Positions 50,074 to 60,500 of a DNA stretch of 64,000 bases are shown one piece after another. Both the position numbers and the translations under genes were made by a program. A model generated the notes under the pieces. It searched no databases, was not told the origin of the DNA, and saw only the letters and a list, made by a program, of their open reading frames with translations. The stretch's first letter is position 1; every line of letters begins with the position of its first letter. Source of the DNA: Mobilisporobacter sp. (GTDB lineage: Bacteria > Bacillota > Clostridia > Lachnospirales > Lachnospiraceae); NCBI GenBank assembly GCA_031549965.1, contig JAVBPB010000003.1:4690-68689 (forward strand), written 5' to 3'.

Positions 50074-50394
50074 CTTATCACCTCACTTGCATATTAAATA
50101 TATTATAATTAAACATACATCGCCTGTCAAGGTATATTTAATTGTAATGTATATTAAATTGTAAAAAAGCTCATTTTAGTCTTTCTAACAAAGTAAAACA
50201 AGGCATTTACACTTCCAAAAGAATATCGAGTCATAATATCAAAACTTCCTCATATATGTAACCAAATTGTCTAATATGTATACAATAAATTAAAGCAAGT
50301 ATTTATCTTATTGGTAAAAAATTACAACTACTTTTGTACTACTTGCTTTTATATGTAAGATGGAAAGGAAATGTCTCGAGTGAGGAGAAATTAT

Positions 50395-51597
50395 ATGAAT
50401 TCACAAGAAATATGTGACAGTAATAGCTACAATTCTCAAGAATGCAATAGATGTTGCTATAGAGGACCTAAGGGAGACAAAGGCGAAAAAGGAGATCAAG
50501 GTCTACAAGGCTGTCCAGGTTCCCAAGGTTTACCCGGTCCAAAAGGAGATAAAGGAGATCCCGGAGAACGAGGTTATCAAGGAATTCCCGGTCCACAGGG
50601 TTCAAAGGGAGATTCTGGATGCAGAGGCCCCCAAGGTGAACGTGGCCCAAGAGGTCCACAAGGCTTTCAAGGCCCAGAAGGTCCAAGAGGATGCAAAGGT
50701 GAAATGGGTCCCCAAGGTTGCCAAGGTGCAAGAGGTCCAAAGGGTGAACAAGGACCGCCAGGCCCAAAAGGAGAACCAGGAGTGCAGGGAATCCCCGGAA
50801 AAGCAGGTTGCCCTGGACCCCAAGGTCCTCAAGGATGTCATGGTACTCAAGGTCCAAAAGGAGAACAAGGACCCCCAGGTCCAAAAGGAGAAACAGGAGA
50901 TTGTGGTCCATCAGGTCCTCAGGGAATACAAGGACCTCAAGGTATAAAAGGAGAAAAAGGTTGCCCAGGTCCAAAAGGAGAACCGGGAGATATGGGAGAA
51001 CAAGGCCCAAAAGGAAATCAAGGACCTCCAGGTCCAAAAGGAGATCCAGGTTTAAGAGGTCCAAAAGGAGATAAAGGAGAATGTGGACAGCCAGGTCCAA
51101 GGGGATGTAAAGGTCCAAGAGGTCCAAAAGGTCCACAGGGAGAAAAGGGTGAAAGAGGAGAAGCAAAAATTATGGCTTTTGGCTCTCTTTATCAGCCTTG
51201 TATGTGCGAAGAAAGATACAAAAATATCGAATTTATGGAAACTGGGCCTTGCTATGGAGTGAGAGTGGATACGCAAGATAGTAGTTTTACAATATGCGAA
51301 GAAGGGACATATAGTATTAACTTTTCTTTAACTCTCATTCTTGAAAGGTGTAAAGCAGTAAATAAAGCCTTTGGTTTATTTATTAATGAAAATTTAATTG
51401 AAAATTCCATTATAGAACAGATGTTAGTGCCTATTCAAAGTTGTAAATGTAGATATTATGCAATTGCAACTACAGGAAAATCAATACAAATGTTTTTGTA
51501 TCATGGTGACACTTTAACATTAAGATTTTTAGATGAAAGAGAAGAAGATGGAATTATGTATAGTCATGCAGCATTTAATATTTTGCAGCTGATGTAA
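50395..51597 (+). CDS. Collagen-like protein 1: Cys-rich N-terminus, 78 Gly-X-Y triplets (10 Cys inside the helix), C1q/BclA-like C-terminal domain
   Basis: ATG at 50395 is 7 nt after GAGGAG. I counted the triplets by hand (nt 50464-51165). The 143-aa C-terminus shows a jelly-roll-like pattern (...[14 protein letters not shown]...GDTLTLRF...). Confidence 0.85.
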   Translation: MNSQEICDSNSYNSQECNRCCYRGPKGDKGEKGDQGLQGCPGSQGLPGPKGDKGDPGERGYQGIPGPQGSKGDSGCRGPQGERGPRGPQGFQGPEGPRGCKGEMGPQGCQGARGPKGEQGPPGPKGEPGVQGIPGKAGCPGPQGPQGCHGTQGPKGEQGPPGPKGETGDCGPSGPQGIQGPQGIKGEKGCPGPKGEPGDMGEQGPKGNQGPPGPKGDPGLRGPKGDKGECGQPGPRGCKGPRGPKGPQGEKGERGEAKIMAFGSLYQPCMCEERYKNIEFMETGPCYGVRVDTQDSSFTICEEGTYSINFSLTLILERCKAVNKAFGLFINENLIENSIIEQMLVPIQSCKCRYYAIATTGKSIQMFLYHGDTLTLRFLDEREEDGIMYSHAAFNILQLM

Positions 51598-51650
51598 CTA
51601 AGCAGAAAAGGCTGTTGTAAACAGTTAATTTATTGAAAGGGTTGAAAGTT

Positions 51651-53243
51651 ATGGCAAGAAATGATCAAAATGAACATCTTGATTACAGAAATAACGATAA
51701 AAAATGTTATTGTAATGACTTTATAGATGAAATTTATAAAAAGGAATGCTGGGAAGAGGAGGATGAACAACATAAATGTAAGGACTGTAATATTGATGAA
51801 TGTATAGGGCCAGTAGGACCAAAAGGAGATACTGGAGCAAAAGGTAAACAAGGTCCTACTGGAAAAAAAGGTCCAAGAGGTTTAAAGGGAGAAACAGGAG
51901 ATAGGGGAGAACCAGGTTGCCCTGGACCACAAGGACCACAAGGACCAAAGGGTGCTACCGGATTAAAAGGGCCAAAAGGTGATGTAGGGGTAGCGGGTCC
52001 AAGAGGAATAAGAGGAATATTAGGAGCACAAGGACCAAAAGGAACTCCAGGTTTAGAAGGTCCAAGGGGCCCAATGGGAATTGCAGGACCAAAAGGTCCA
52101 AAGGGAGATATAGGATCACAAGGCCCTCAAGGAGAAACAGGTCCACAAGGTGATAAAGGTGATATAGGAATAAGAGGTCAAAAAGGTGAAATGGGATGTA
52201 TAGGAGAAACTGGAGATAAAGGAGAAAGAGGATTAAGAGGTCCGACAGGAGAAAGAGGTTGTTTAGGTCCAAAAGGTTCAGAGGGAATGAAAGGCCCTAC
52301 AGGTGATAAAGGTCCAAAAGGCCCAAAGGGTGATAAAGGTGAAGTAGGACCAGACGGTCCAAAAGGTCCAAAAGGAGATACAGGATCTCAAGGCCCAAAA
52401 GGTGATAAAGGAGATATAGGTCCTCAAGGAGAACAAGGTGATAGAGGAGACAGAGGAATACAAGGTGACCAAGGTGATAGAGGAGTAGAAGGCATTCAAG
52501 GAGAAAAGGGAGATATAGGACCTCAAGGTGAACAAGGAGATGTAGGACCAAGAGGTAATACAGGACCAAAAGGAGATATGGGAGCACAAGGCTATCAAGG
52601 AGAAGCAGGAGATATTGGTTTAGATGGAGAAAGAGGAGAACCGGGAGAAGATGGTATTATGGGTCCACAAGGTCAAAAAGGGGATACAGGACCAGAAGGA
52701 CCGGCAGGAGATAGGGGACTGGATGGAATTGATGGAGTAGATGGAGAAACGGGAGAAATAGGTGAAAAAGGAGACAAAGGTCTTAAAGGAAGAGATGGAG
52801 TAGTAATTCCTGTATCAATTTATAATGGAAAATTAGATGCACCTATTTCACCACCATATGATACATTAACTAAATTAAGCATACATGAAACTTTGGCTGG
52901 TGAGTTTACAATAATTGATGAGAATACAATAAGTGTAATAAAGGCGGGAGTATATTATTTTGAAACATCTGCAACTACAACATTTGTTACAGAGGGAAGT
53001 AATTATAATATCTGTACATTTACCATGAAACTTAACAATAATCTTGTTCAAGAAAGTATAATTAAATCTGTATTTAGATTGGCTGAAGTTACAGATGATT
53101 TGGAATTAAGTTATAATTATACAAAGATGTATCAAGTAAGTCTTTCAGAGGGTGATACAATCTATTTTGATTATATTTTAAATACAGGAAACCAACGTGA
53201 CATTTTGGATTTTAATGTGAGTATTTATAAAATTTCCATGTAA
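51651..53243 (+). CDS. Collagen-like protein 2: Cys-rich N-terminus, 111 Gly-X-Y triplets, C1q/BclA-like C-terminal domain
   Basis: Uninterrupted GXY from GPV (nt 51807) to GVV (nt 52805). C-terminus ...[15 protein letters not shown]...EGDTIYFDY.... Confidence 0.85.
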   Translation: MARNDQNEHLDYRNNDKKCYCNDFIDEIYKKECWEEEDEQHKCKDCNIDECIGPVGPKGDTGAKGKQGPTGKKGPRGLKGETGDRGEPGCPGPQGPQGPKGATGLKGPKGDVGVAGPRGIRGILGAQGPKGTPGLEGPRGPMGIAGPKGPKGDIGSQGPQGETGPQGDKGDIGIRGQKGEMGCIGETGDKGERGLRGPTGERGCLGPKGSEGMKGPTGDKGPKGPKGDKGEVGPDGPKGPKGDTGSQGPKGDKGDIGPQGEQGDRGDRGIQGDQGDRGVEGIQGEKGDIGPQGEQGDVGPRGNTGPKGDMGAQGYQGEAGDIGLDGERGEPGEDGIMGPQGQKGDTGPEGPAGDRGLDGIDGVDGETGEIGEKGDKGLKGRDGVVIPVSIYNGKLDAPISPPYDTLTKLSIHETLAGEFTIIDENTISVIKAGVYYFETSATTTFVTEGSNYNICTFTMKLNNNLVQESIIKSVFRLAEVTDDLELSYNYTKMYQVSLSEGDTIYFDYILNTGNQRDILDFNVSIYKISM

Positions 53244-53268
53244 ATACACGATGAAAGGATGATCTTGA

Positions 53269-54825
53269 ATGAAAAGAAATAGAAATGAAAATGAACACGA
53301 TTATGATGATTATTGTTTGGAAGATTTGGAATGTGAACAAAAAATATGTAGGGATAAGGATATTGAAATTGGAGAAAGAGGACCAAAAGGACCAAAAGGT
53401 TATAAGGGCCCACGTGGAGATATAGGGTGTGTAGGTTTACAAGGAGAAGTTGGCTTTAAAGGTGAATGGGGATTACAAGGTGAGAAGGGACCACAAGGTC
53501 CAAGAGGTTTTGAAGGTGTTGAAGGAGATCAAGGTCAGCAAGGTGACAGGGGAGAAAAAGGTCCACAAGGTCCAATTGGACCAATGGGATATCAAGGCCC
53601 AAAAGGTGAAAAAGGAGATCAAGGTCCGGAAGGAGCACAAGGCCCACAAGGTTTGCAAGGCCCACAAGGCTCAAAAGGAGACAGAGGCCCACAGGGAATT
53701 ATAGGTTGCACTGGACCAAAGGGGCTTAGAGGAGATGATGGCCCAAAAGGACCAAAAGGAGATCCAGGTCTGCAAGGATGTAAAGGACCAAAAGGAGATC
53801 CAGGACCACAAGGTTTACAAGGTCCAACAGGTTATGCAGGCCCACAGGGATTAGAAGGTCCAAGAGGAGCACAAGGACCTAAGGGCGATCCGGGCGATCC
53901 GGGTGAACGTGGAGAACAAGGTGTAATGGGTTCTCAAGGAGATAAAGGTAACACAGGGCCACAAGGTCCAGATGGTATAACCGGAGAAATGGGACCACAA
54001 GGTGAGCAAGGTGAAAAAGGTCCAAAAGGGCTTGAAGGGTTAGCAGGAGAAATGGGACCACAAGGCATTCAAGGGCCAAAAGGAGACATAGGTCCGGATG
54101 GAGTAGAAGGAGACCCGGGTCCTCAGGGATATCAGGGAATAAAAGGAGATATAGGACCGGATGGTTTACAAGGACTTCAAGGAATGCAAGGGAGAAAAGG
54201 AGATAGAGGTTCAGATGGTGCAAATGGCCCTCAAGGTCCAAAGGGCGATGAAGGAGATCAAGGCCCAAAAGGACCAAACGGGTTAGCTGGTTTAGATGGC
54301 AAAGATGGAGCAAAAGGTGCAAAAGGATTGACAGGTGAAGATGGAGAGTCAGGAGACCGAGGAGACGATGCATTAGTAACAGGAAGTTATTTTGGAATGA
54401 AAAGTACAGTTCCTCACACCGGTGCAGTAGTTGTCGGAGCTAAACTTAATTTGGGTTCGGGTCAAATGAGTGGATTTATTCCTATGTCAACAGATGGAAA
54501 TACTACAGCCATACAATGTAATGGAAGCGGGCTATTTATGGTAACAGTTTCAGCTAGTATTCAATTATTGGTTGATGGTAGTTCTGGATACTATACTTGC
54601 AATACTGAAATAGGTATTTATGTTGGAGATACGCTTGTAGATAAATTAAAATGTGGTTTGGGATTTGTTGAAACACCTGATAGAAGAATCATAGGACATT
54701 ATGCAAATCAAAAAACTCTTATTCTTTCTATTGCCCCTAATAATGAATTAAATTTAAGATTTGTATCAGCTGATAAAGGTACTGCTTGCGGTAATTTGGT
54801 ATTTTCTGCTATACAATTGATATGA
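53269..54825 (+). CDS. Collagen-like protein 3: Cys-containing N-terminus, 111 Gly-X-Y triplets, C1q/BclA-like C-terminal domain
   Basis: Uninterrupted GXY from GER (nt 53371) to GDD (nt 54369). 151-aa C-terminus ...[13 protein letters not shown]...NNELNLRFV.... Confidence 0.85.
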   Translation: MKRNRNENEHDYDDYCLEDLECEQKICRDKDIEIGERGPKGPKGYKGPRGDIGCVGLQGEVGFKGEWGLQGEKGPQGPRGFEGVEGDQGQQGDRGEKGPQGPIGPMGYQGPKGEKGDQGPEGAQGPQGLQGPQGSKGDRGPQGIIGCTGPKGLRGDDGPKGPKGDPGLQGCKGPKGDPGPQGLQGPTGYAGPQGLEGPRGAQGPKGDPGDPGERGEQGVMGSQGDKGNTGPQGPDGITGEMGPQGEQGEKGPKGLEGLAGEMGPQGIQGPKGDIGPDGVEGDPGPQGYQGIKGDIGPDGLQGLQGMQGRKGDRGSDGANGPQGPKGDEGDQGPKGPNGLAGLDGKDGAKGAKGLTGEDGESGDRGDDALVTGSYFGMKSTVPHTGAVVVGAKLNLGSGQMSGFIPMSTDGNTTAIQCNGSGLFMVTVSASIQLLVDGSSGYYTCNTEIGIYVGDTLVDKLKCGLGFVETPDRRIIGHYANQKTLILSIAPNNELNLRFVSADKGTACGNLVFSAIQLI

Positions 54826-54841
54826 TACGAGGTGAACAAGT

Positions 54842-56344
54842 ATGAAACATGAATATGAATATTGTAAAAAAGATAATTTTAAGTGTGGAATCTGTCCAGG
54901 TCCAACAGGACCCAAGGGTGATGTAGGGGATATGGGAGATATGGGGCCTGAGGGTCCACAAGGTCCACAAGGTCCAAAGGGTCCAAGTGGAGAAAAAGGT
55001 GCTAGAGGAGAAGATGGTATAGTTGGACCAAGAGGGAAAAAAGGAAATACAGGTTTGCAAGGACCAAAGGGAGAAACAGGTGAGGTTGGTCCACAAGGTC
55101 CACAAGGTCCCGAAGGCCCACAAGGTGTTACAGGAGATAAAGGAGATCAAGGCGTTAGAGGGCCACAAGGAGCACAAGGAGCACAAGGAGCAAAAGGAAT
55201 AGTTGGAGATATAGGTTCAAAAGGTTACATGGGTCCAAAAGGACCAAAAGGAGAAAAGGGTGGACCAGGAATTCAAGGAGATAAGGGTGCTACAGGACCA
55301 AAAGGAGAAAAGGGAGATCAGGGTTGTATTGGAATAAAAGGTGAAATTGGATGTCAAGGTCCAATTGGAATAAAAGGTCCAGCTGGTCCAAAAGGTCCGA
55401 CAGGAGATGAGGGAGATAAGGGACCAAAAGGAGAAGCAGGACCGGCCGGAGTGCAAGGACCAAAAGGAGAAACCGGAGAAATGGGTCCAAAGGGAGAAAA
55501 AGGAACTACTGGTGCCCCAGGACTAAAAGGATTAAAAGGAGAAACAGGAGATAAAGGAGACAAAGGAAGAACAGGAGAAATGGGACCACAAGGCTTAAGA
55601 GGAGAAACAGGAGATCAAGGAGTGAAGGGACCAGCCGGCCCAAGCGGTCATGAAGGTTCAAAGGGAGAAAGAGGTGACCGTGGAGCAGATGGTCCTAAGG
55701 GCATACAAGGTCTTCAAGGAGAAAAGGGAGAGCAAGGAGCAGCAGGACTTTCAGGGCCACAAGGTCCAAATGGAGAACCAGGCTCTATAGGACAAAAAGG
55801 AGAAAATGGAGAACCAGGTAAAAACGGAAATCCTGGCCCGACAGGTGACCAAGGAGATAAAGGTGCACAAGGGATAATCGGAGATTCGGGAGACGATGCA
55901 TATATGATAAATTCATATGGTTCAATGTATGGTGAAAATGAATCAAGAATGTCATACGCATCAATTGTTCTTTACGATAAGGAATCTGTTCCTGCATCAA
56001 ATGTAAATTGTCAGCCATTAATTGGAAAGATAACAATTAATAAAGCTGGAGTATATGCAGTTAGTTTTTCTACAACACTTAAGTTAACCAATCTTCCTGG
56101 TGCAATTGCGGCATATGTAAGATTAGAATTATATCTTAACGGAGTAACCACAGGTGATATCTTTGTGGATCACGGGCACGACAATGTTCAGCCGGATACT
56201 GATTTTATAACTGAATTTACTACTGGTAAATCTGTTATAAGAAACCTTAAGGAAGGTGATGTACTTGAAATTGCTTGTGTATCTTTAGCAGGTGAAGCTT
56301 TTTATAGTAATTCAAGTTTTAATATTGTTGGTGTTAATATTTAA
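54842..56344 (+). CDS. Collagen-like protein 4: Cys-containing N-terminus, 111 Gly-X-Y triplets, C1q/BclA-like C-terminal domain
   Basis: Uninterrupted GXY from GPT (nt 54899) to GDD (nt 55897). 148-aa C-terminus ...ITINKAGVYAVSFST...EGDVLEIAC.... Confidence 0.85.
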   Translation: MKHEYEYCKKDNFKCGICPGPTGPKGDVGDMGDMGPEGPQGPQGPKGPSGEKGARGEDGIVGPRGKKGNTGLQGPKGETGEVGPQGPQGPEGPQGVTGDKGDQGVRGPQGAQGAQGAKGIVGDIGSKGYMGPKGPKGEKGGPGIQGDKGATGPKGEKGDQGCIGIKGEIGCQGPIGIKGPAGPKGPTGDEGDKGPKGEAGPAGVQGPKGETGEMGPKGEKGTTGAPGLKGLKGETGDKGDKGRTGEMGPQGLRGETGDQGVKGPAGPSGHEGSKGERGDRGADGPKGIQGLQGEKGEQGAAGLSGPQGPNGEPGSIGQKGENGEPGKNGNPGPTGDQGDKGAQGIIGDSGDDAYMINSYGSMYGENESRMSYASIVLYDKESVPASNVNCQPLIGKITINKAGVYAVSFSTTLKLTNLPGAIAAYVRLELYLNGVTTGDIFVDHGHDNVQPDTDFITEFTTGKSVIRNLKEGDVLEIACVSLAGEAFYSNSSFNIVGVNI

Positions 56345-56370
56345 TATTATTAAATTAAGTCATTTATTAA

Positions 56371-56399
56371 GGGGGAATATACTGGATGTATATTCCCTT
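56371..56399 (+). terminator. Hairpin after the collagen-like gene array
   Basis: GGGGGAATATA / TATATTCCCTT stem with a 7-nt loop. The trailing T-run is weak. Confidence 0.5.
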
Positions 56400-56449
56400 A
56401 TCATTTCATTTTGATTAAAAAGCAGAAATATAAATGTTAAAAATTTACA

Positions 56450-56478
56450 TTGACATTATTCTTAATACAATATATAAT
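56450..56478 (+). promoter_or_regulatory. Consensus sigma-A promoter of ssrA
   Basis: TTGACA, 17-nt spacer, TATAAT (both hexamers perfect), about 40 nt upstream of the mature tmRNA 5' end. Confidence 0.75.
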
Positions 56479-56519
56479 AACTGATATGTCTGTTAACCAA
56501 TCAATTCATAATCTAATTA

Positions 56520-56863
56520 GGGGTTGTACTGGTTTCGACGGGGGTATTGAAATTATGGAAGCCATTCGTGGTCTGGGTCCACGTAAAAACCTGGAATTAA
56601 ATATAAACGCAGACGAAAATTTAGCGTACGCTGCCTAGTGGCAGCTGTCGACTCTAAGCAACTTGCGGCTTAGATGTTCGGCATCAACTTAGCAAGGCAC
56701 TTTGTTTTCAAAGCTTTGAGGAAATAAAAGAATTTATGAAGCTACTAAAGTCTTAAGCCTGTCATTGGGCGTAAGATAGAGGGAATGTTAAATTAATGAC
56801 TGTAATGGGAGATGCTACAATGGATAGACTTTCGGACAGGGGTTCGATTCCCCTCAGCTCCAC
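56520..56863 (+). ncRNA. ssrA: tmRNA (SsrA)
   Basis: 5' GGGGUUGUACUGGUUUCGACGGGGG. The 3' T-arm GGUUCGAUUCCCC is followed by the acceptor strand CAGCUCC pairing with GGGGUUG (G3:U pair) and discriminator A. Tag ORF GCA GAC GAA AAT TTA GCG TAC GCT GCC TAG = ADENLAYAA* (56609-56638). The CCA end is not fully encoded. Confidence 0.93.
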
Positions 56864-56880
56864 TAAAAAGGTAGAAATAA

Positions 56881-56938
56881 AAGTCTAAGATATAGGGTGT
56901 TTACACCTATAATCTTAGACTTTTTCTTTTCTTTTTTT
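56881..56938 (+). terminator. Rho-independent terminator of ssrA
   Basis: About 17-bp stem AGTCTAAGATATAGGGTG / CACCTATAATCTTAGACT followed by TTTTTCTTTTCTTTTTTT. Confidence 0.8.
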
Positions 56939-56976
56939 ATTTTTGGGTACTATTTGGGTACTGATATTAATTTTTA

Positions 56977-57192
56977 TTATTTATCCTCATTATTAGAACT
57001 AAATTTCGGATAAAATTTATCCATTTTATTAGCAGCTTGTTTTTCTTTACTCTTTATTAAGTGAGAATAAACATTAAGAGTGACATTCCTATCACTGTGA
57101 CCTAATCTGCTGCTTAAAGTTACAATATCTGTTTTTTCTGAAATAAGTAGACTAGCATTTGTATGACGCAGATAATGTGATGAAATTCGACA
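56977..57192 (-). pseudogene. C-terminal fragment (about 70 aa) of a tyrosine recombinase/integrase
   Basis: RISSHYLRHTNASLLISEKTDIVTLSSRLGHSDRNVTLNVYSHL... covers box II (HxLRH), LGH and the catalytic Tyr. The N-terminal about 380 aa are absent and the upstream frame has stops. Confidence 0.8.
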
Positions 57193-57515
57193 AAATAACA
57201 ACATAAACGATAAGGAACGCTGTCGAAGAACGGAAAGTAATAAGAATCAGTAATAGAAAGGCTACGATAAAAGTATTTTTGTGGTCTTTTTATTCTTAAA
57301 AAGCAAGTTAGAGTTGCATCTGAAAATCTATTATAGATTCTATAATCCTTTGTAAATAGATAAATTTTGGGTTAGTAATGTACGTTTGAAAAGCCAAGAA
57401 AGAGATTTACTTTTGATTGCAAATGAGCGATAATAAAAGCAAAGTAAATTAAGATATTCTAACAAAAAAATGCAATATTTGATTGCTTTGAAAGAATATC
57501 TCGGAGGTGATAATT

Positions 57516-60500
57516 ATGTTTGATGTCAAATGGGACACATTTAGTATAAAAAACAAAAATAAAGAAGATGCTTTTGAAACAATGTGTAGGCATCTGTTTT
57601 TTAGAAAGTTTAGTATTGATGGATACGGGTTTCAATCGAACTATAATCAAACAGGATTAGAAACACAGCCAATTAAATTCAATAATGAATGGTATGGGTT
57701 TCAATGTAAGTTTTCAAGCAGTAACAACAATGATGCCTTATACAAAGAGGTTTACACATCGCTAAATAAGGCCTACAAATGTTTTCCTAATTCAATTAAT
57801 CATATTTATATTTATACAAATGCAGATATTCAACCTATTTGCACTGATGACGAAATTAAAAATGCAAAAAAGATTAGCAATAGGATGAATATACAAATTG
57901 AAGCAAAAAAATATAATGTAGAACTGCATTGGATAAAAACAGAAAATTTCAACTCCATTTTGAATGAGCATTCCAATCTTGATATATATAAACTATATTT
58001 TTCTTCGCAGAATGAGTTAGCCTTTCTTGATGACTCAATTTCATTGCAGGATAGAACATTTTTAAATTCTAGTACTTTCTTGGATCTACACATAAATGGT
58101 AAAAGTTTTAATGGAACTATTGATGAAATTTTTAAAAATAAGTTGAGCCTAATAATAGGTAATGCCGGAACGGGTAAAACAGAACTTCTAAAAAAATTGT
58201 ATGTTTACTCATCTGATAGGTTTTTAGATACATATAAAAATGTATCTGTTGACATAGGGGTGTTACCCATTTTTTTGAGACTGAGAGAATGTGTACATGG
58301 TGATGTTGAAGGATTACTCAAACAAAGATTAATTGATTATAAAATCAATATTATCGATTGCACGTATGAACTTATATACTTTTTTGATGGGCTTGATGAA
58401 ATCTCTAATGCAGATATAGATAAAGTAATTTCATTTGTTAACTACTTATCGCAAAAAAGGAATACAAGATCTGTTCTTATATCATCTCGAAAAAGTACAC
58501 CTAATCTTCAGTATTTACATACCTTGATTGAGGTGGCACACTACGAGATTGATAAATTAAATATTGATTTCATAGATTTATATTTTTCTAATCGCAACGA
58601 TGGAACAAAATTGGATTTCTACCAATCAATAAAATCAGAAGTTGAATATTTATTATCTGAAATAGATGATATATTCTCGGTCAATCTACTTTGGCAGACA
58701 ATAGAATCTTTAGATGCTAATACTACAAAAATTGAATTAATTCAAAACTATGTTAATAAATTAATGTATACATCACATAGTATAAAATTATTGCCATTAC
58801 CAGAAATAAAGAGTGATAAAATTGAAGATATTTGTAGTGAGGTTGCTTTTTTCATGCAAGAAACGAATAGACTAAATATTGATTTAAGTGAATTACAAAA
58901 TATTTCTTTCGAACTATTCAAAAAGCTTTCATACACGGATATAGATAAAGTTATATTGTGTATTTCTGGAATGTTCTTTGATATTACTAATAAAAAAAGT
59001 CAACGTATATACTCATTTAAGCATCGAAGATATCAAGAGTATTTTCTATATAAAAAAATATCAAGCCTCTTTTTTGAAAATCCATTTATAATAAGAGAAT
59101 TGGGATTGCTGCCAAACAAGGATTTTGTATTAAGAATATTCCTAAAGCAATCTTTAAAAGATGCGCTAAGTAAAGGGGAGATGATTAAAGTCCTATCGCT
59201 TAGATTTTTTGAGGCATATCTAGGCTCAGATTATTGGTATGACTACAAAGATTCATTAATTGGTGTTAGGAGTGATTATGGTGTTGGCGATGAATCTTAT
59301 TTAAGTTCAAATGAAATATTAATCACACTTGCTATTAGGCCACTAGAAGAACTATGTTTGCTGCTAGAAAATGAAGCCTTTTCATTAAAGAATTTTCTTT
59401 CAGAAGACAATTATTGGAATTTTGTAAAAGAATACTACCGCTTTAATAAATGTGATGTTAGACAAACCTTGTTGAAGTATTACAAATTAGATAGTGATGT
59501 CATAAAAAAATCCATAAATAAAGCACCATGTGAATATTGGTACTGTGTTTGTCAATTAGACAAATATGATCCAAAAGATATTTTAGAAGACACAATAAAA
59601 AAGCTGCAATTTGATAAATTAAATTTTGATTTTATAGCCTTTTCGAAGGAAAATTTATCAATTGCGTCAGGTTATTTCAAAATGCTTTTGGATATAAATT
59701 ATAATCTGATTCCTGACATTATTGATATGATTAGTGTTGAACTTTTGGAAATCTTTAGCTTTGATATTTTACGAAATGGTAATATCCGCTATTTATTTGA
59801 TGAGAGTCCATTGAATAAATCTATACATGAAAAACTCATTCTTAGGATAGATACCAACCCCGATGTTGATTACCAAGTCAATACTTTAGCCTTATATGCA
59901 ATTTTATCCAAGAAAATAATAAGACAAGAACTCCTTGAGGCTAGGTTTTCAAAAGTTAATAAAAATCATCATATAACATGGGAGCAAAACATTGAATTAA
60001 ACTGCCATATTGTGAATCTATTGGGAGTAGATCAAAATTTGTACTCTATTGATTGCCTTCTTGGTTGTGAGATAAGAAAAATCGTTTTGGAACTTTACCC
60101 CCAAAACAAAGATAAAGTTCTTGATTCAATTATCGACGCAGTAAAAAAATACAATTTACTATATGAAAATTGGTTTTTGGTAGACAATTCAAAATTAATA
60201 GGGGCGATTGTTGCCCAACTAAGTTTTAATGACAATTTATTAAAAGAATTTGTAAGCAAACTATATAATTATCAAAGTGTTATATCGTTGACTATTGTTC
60301 TTGAATACATCTTGGTTAATAATCAAGAATTGTTTCTACTTTTAGTTAATGAGAATTTGCTAAAGAAATTAAATATAGAGGCAATAAAGCAACTCGGCTA
60401 TTATGAATATAACTCAGATACTGACTTTATATTTTCTACAATGTTCTCGAAGATTAATAAAGCCGAGAGTTACAAATGTTTAATCAGAGGAATAAACAAT

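Noticed and set aside
50074-50394. Sigma-K (AC-N16-17-CATANNNTA) or sigma-E promoter upstream of the collagen-like array, and a sigma-E promoter upstream of spoIIIAA (12020-12065).
   Set aside because: Only partial matches were found (CATATATGT at about 50251; CATATATT at about 12054 with a poor -35). They are not convincing enough to annotate without TSS data.
50414-55563. Numerous long ORFs in alternative frames and on the antisense strand of the collagen-like genes (for example 50414-50947 +, 50468-51166 -, 52278-52598 -, 53879-54373 -, 54809-55186 -).
   Set aside because: They are by-products of the GGN-NNN-NNN periodicity. Their translations are low-complexity (Leu/Asp/Leu or Lys/Val/Gln repeats), lack RBSs and fully overlap well-supported GXY reading frames.
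50464-55897. Strong 9-nt periodic repetition that could be mistaken for a CRISPR array or non-coding tandem repeat.
   Set aside because: There are no constant-repeat and variable-spacer units of 25-40 nt. The periodicity is codon-level Gly-X-Y within four intact ORFs. No CRISPR array was seen anywhere in the window.
56450-56638. 62-aa ORF ending ...NINADENLAYAA.
   Set aside because: It is the tmRNA gene. Only the last 9-10 codons (the tag reading frame) are translated, by trans-translation, and the ORF start coincides with the ssrA promoter.
57223-57229. TGTCGAA (0A-box heptamer) in the leader of the islet.
   Set aside because: A single 7-mer in a non-sporulation context is expected by chance.
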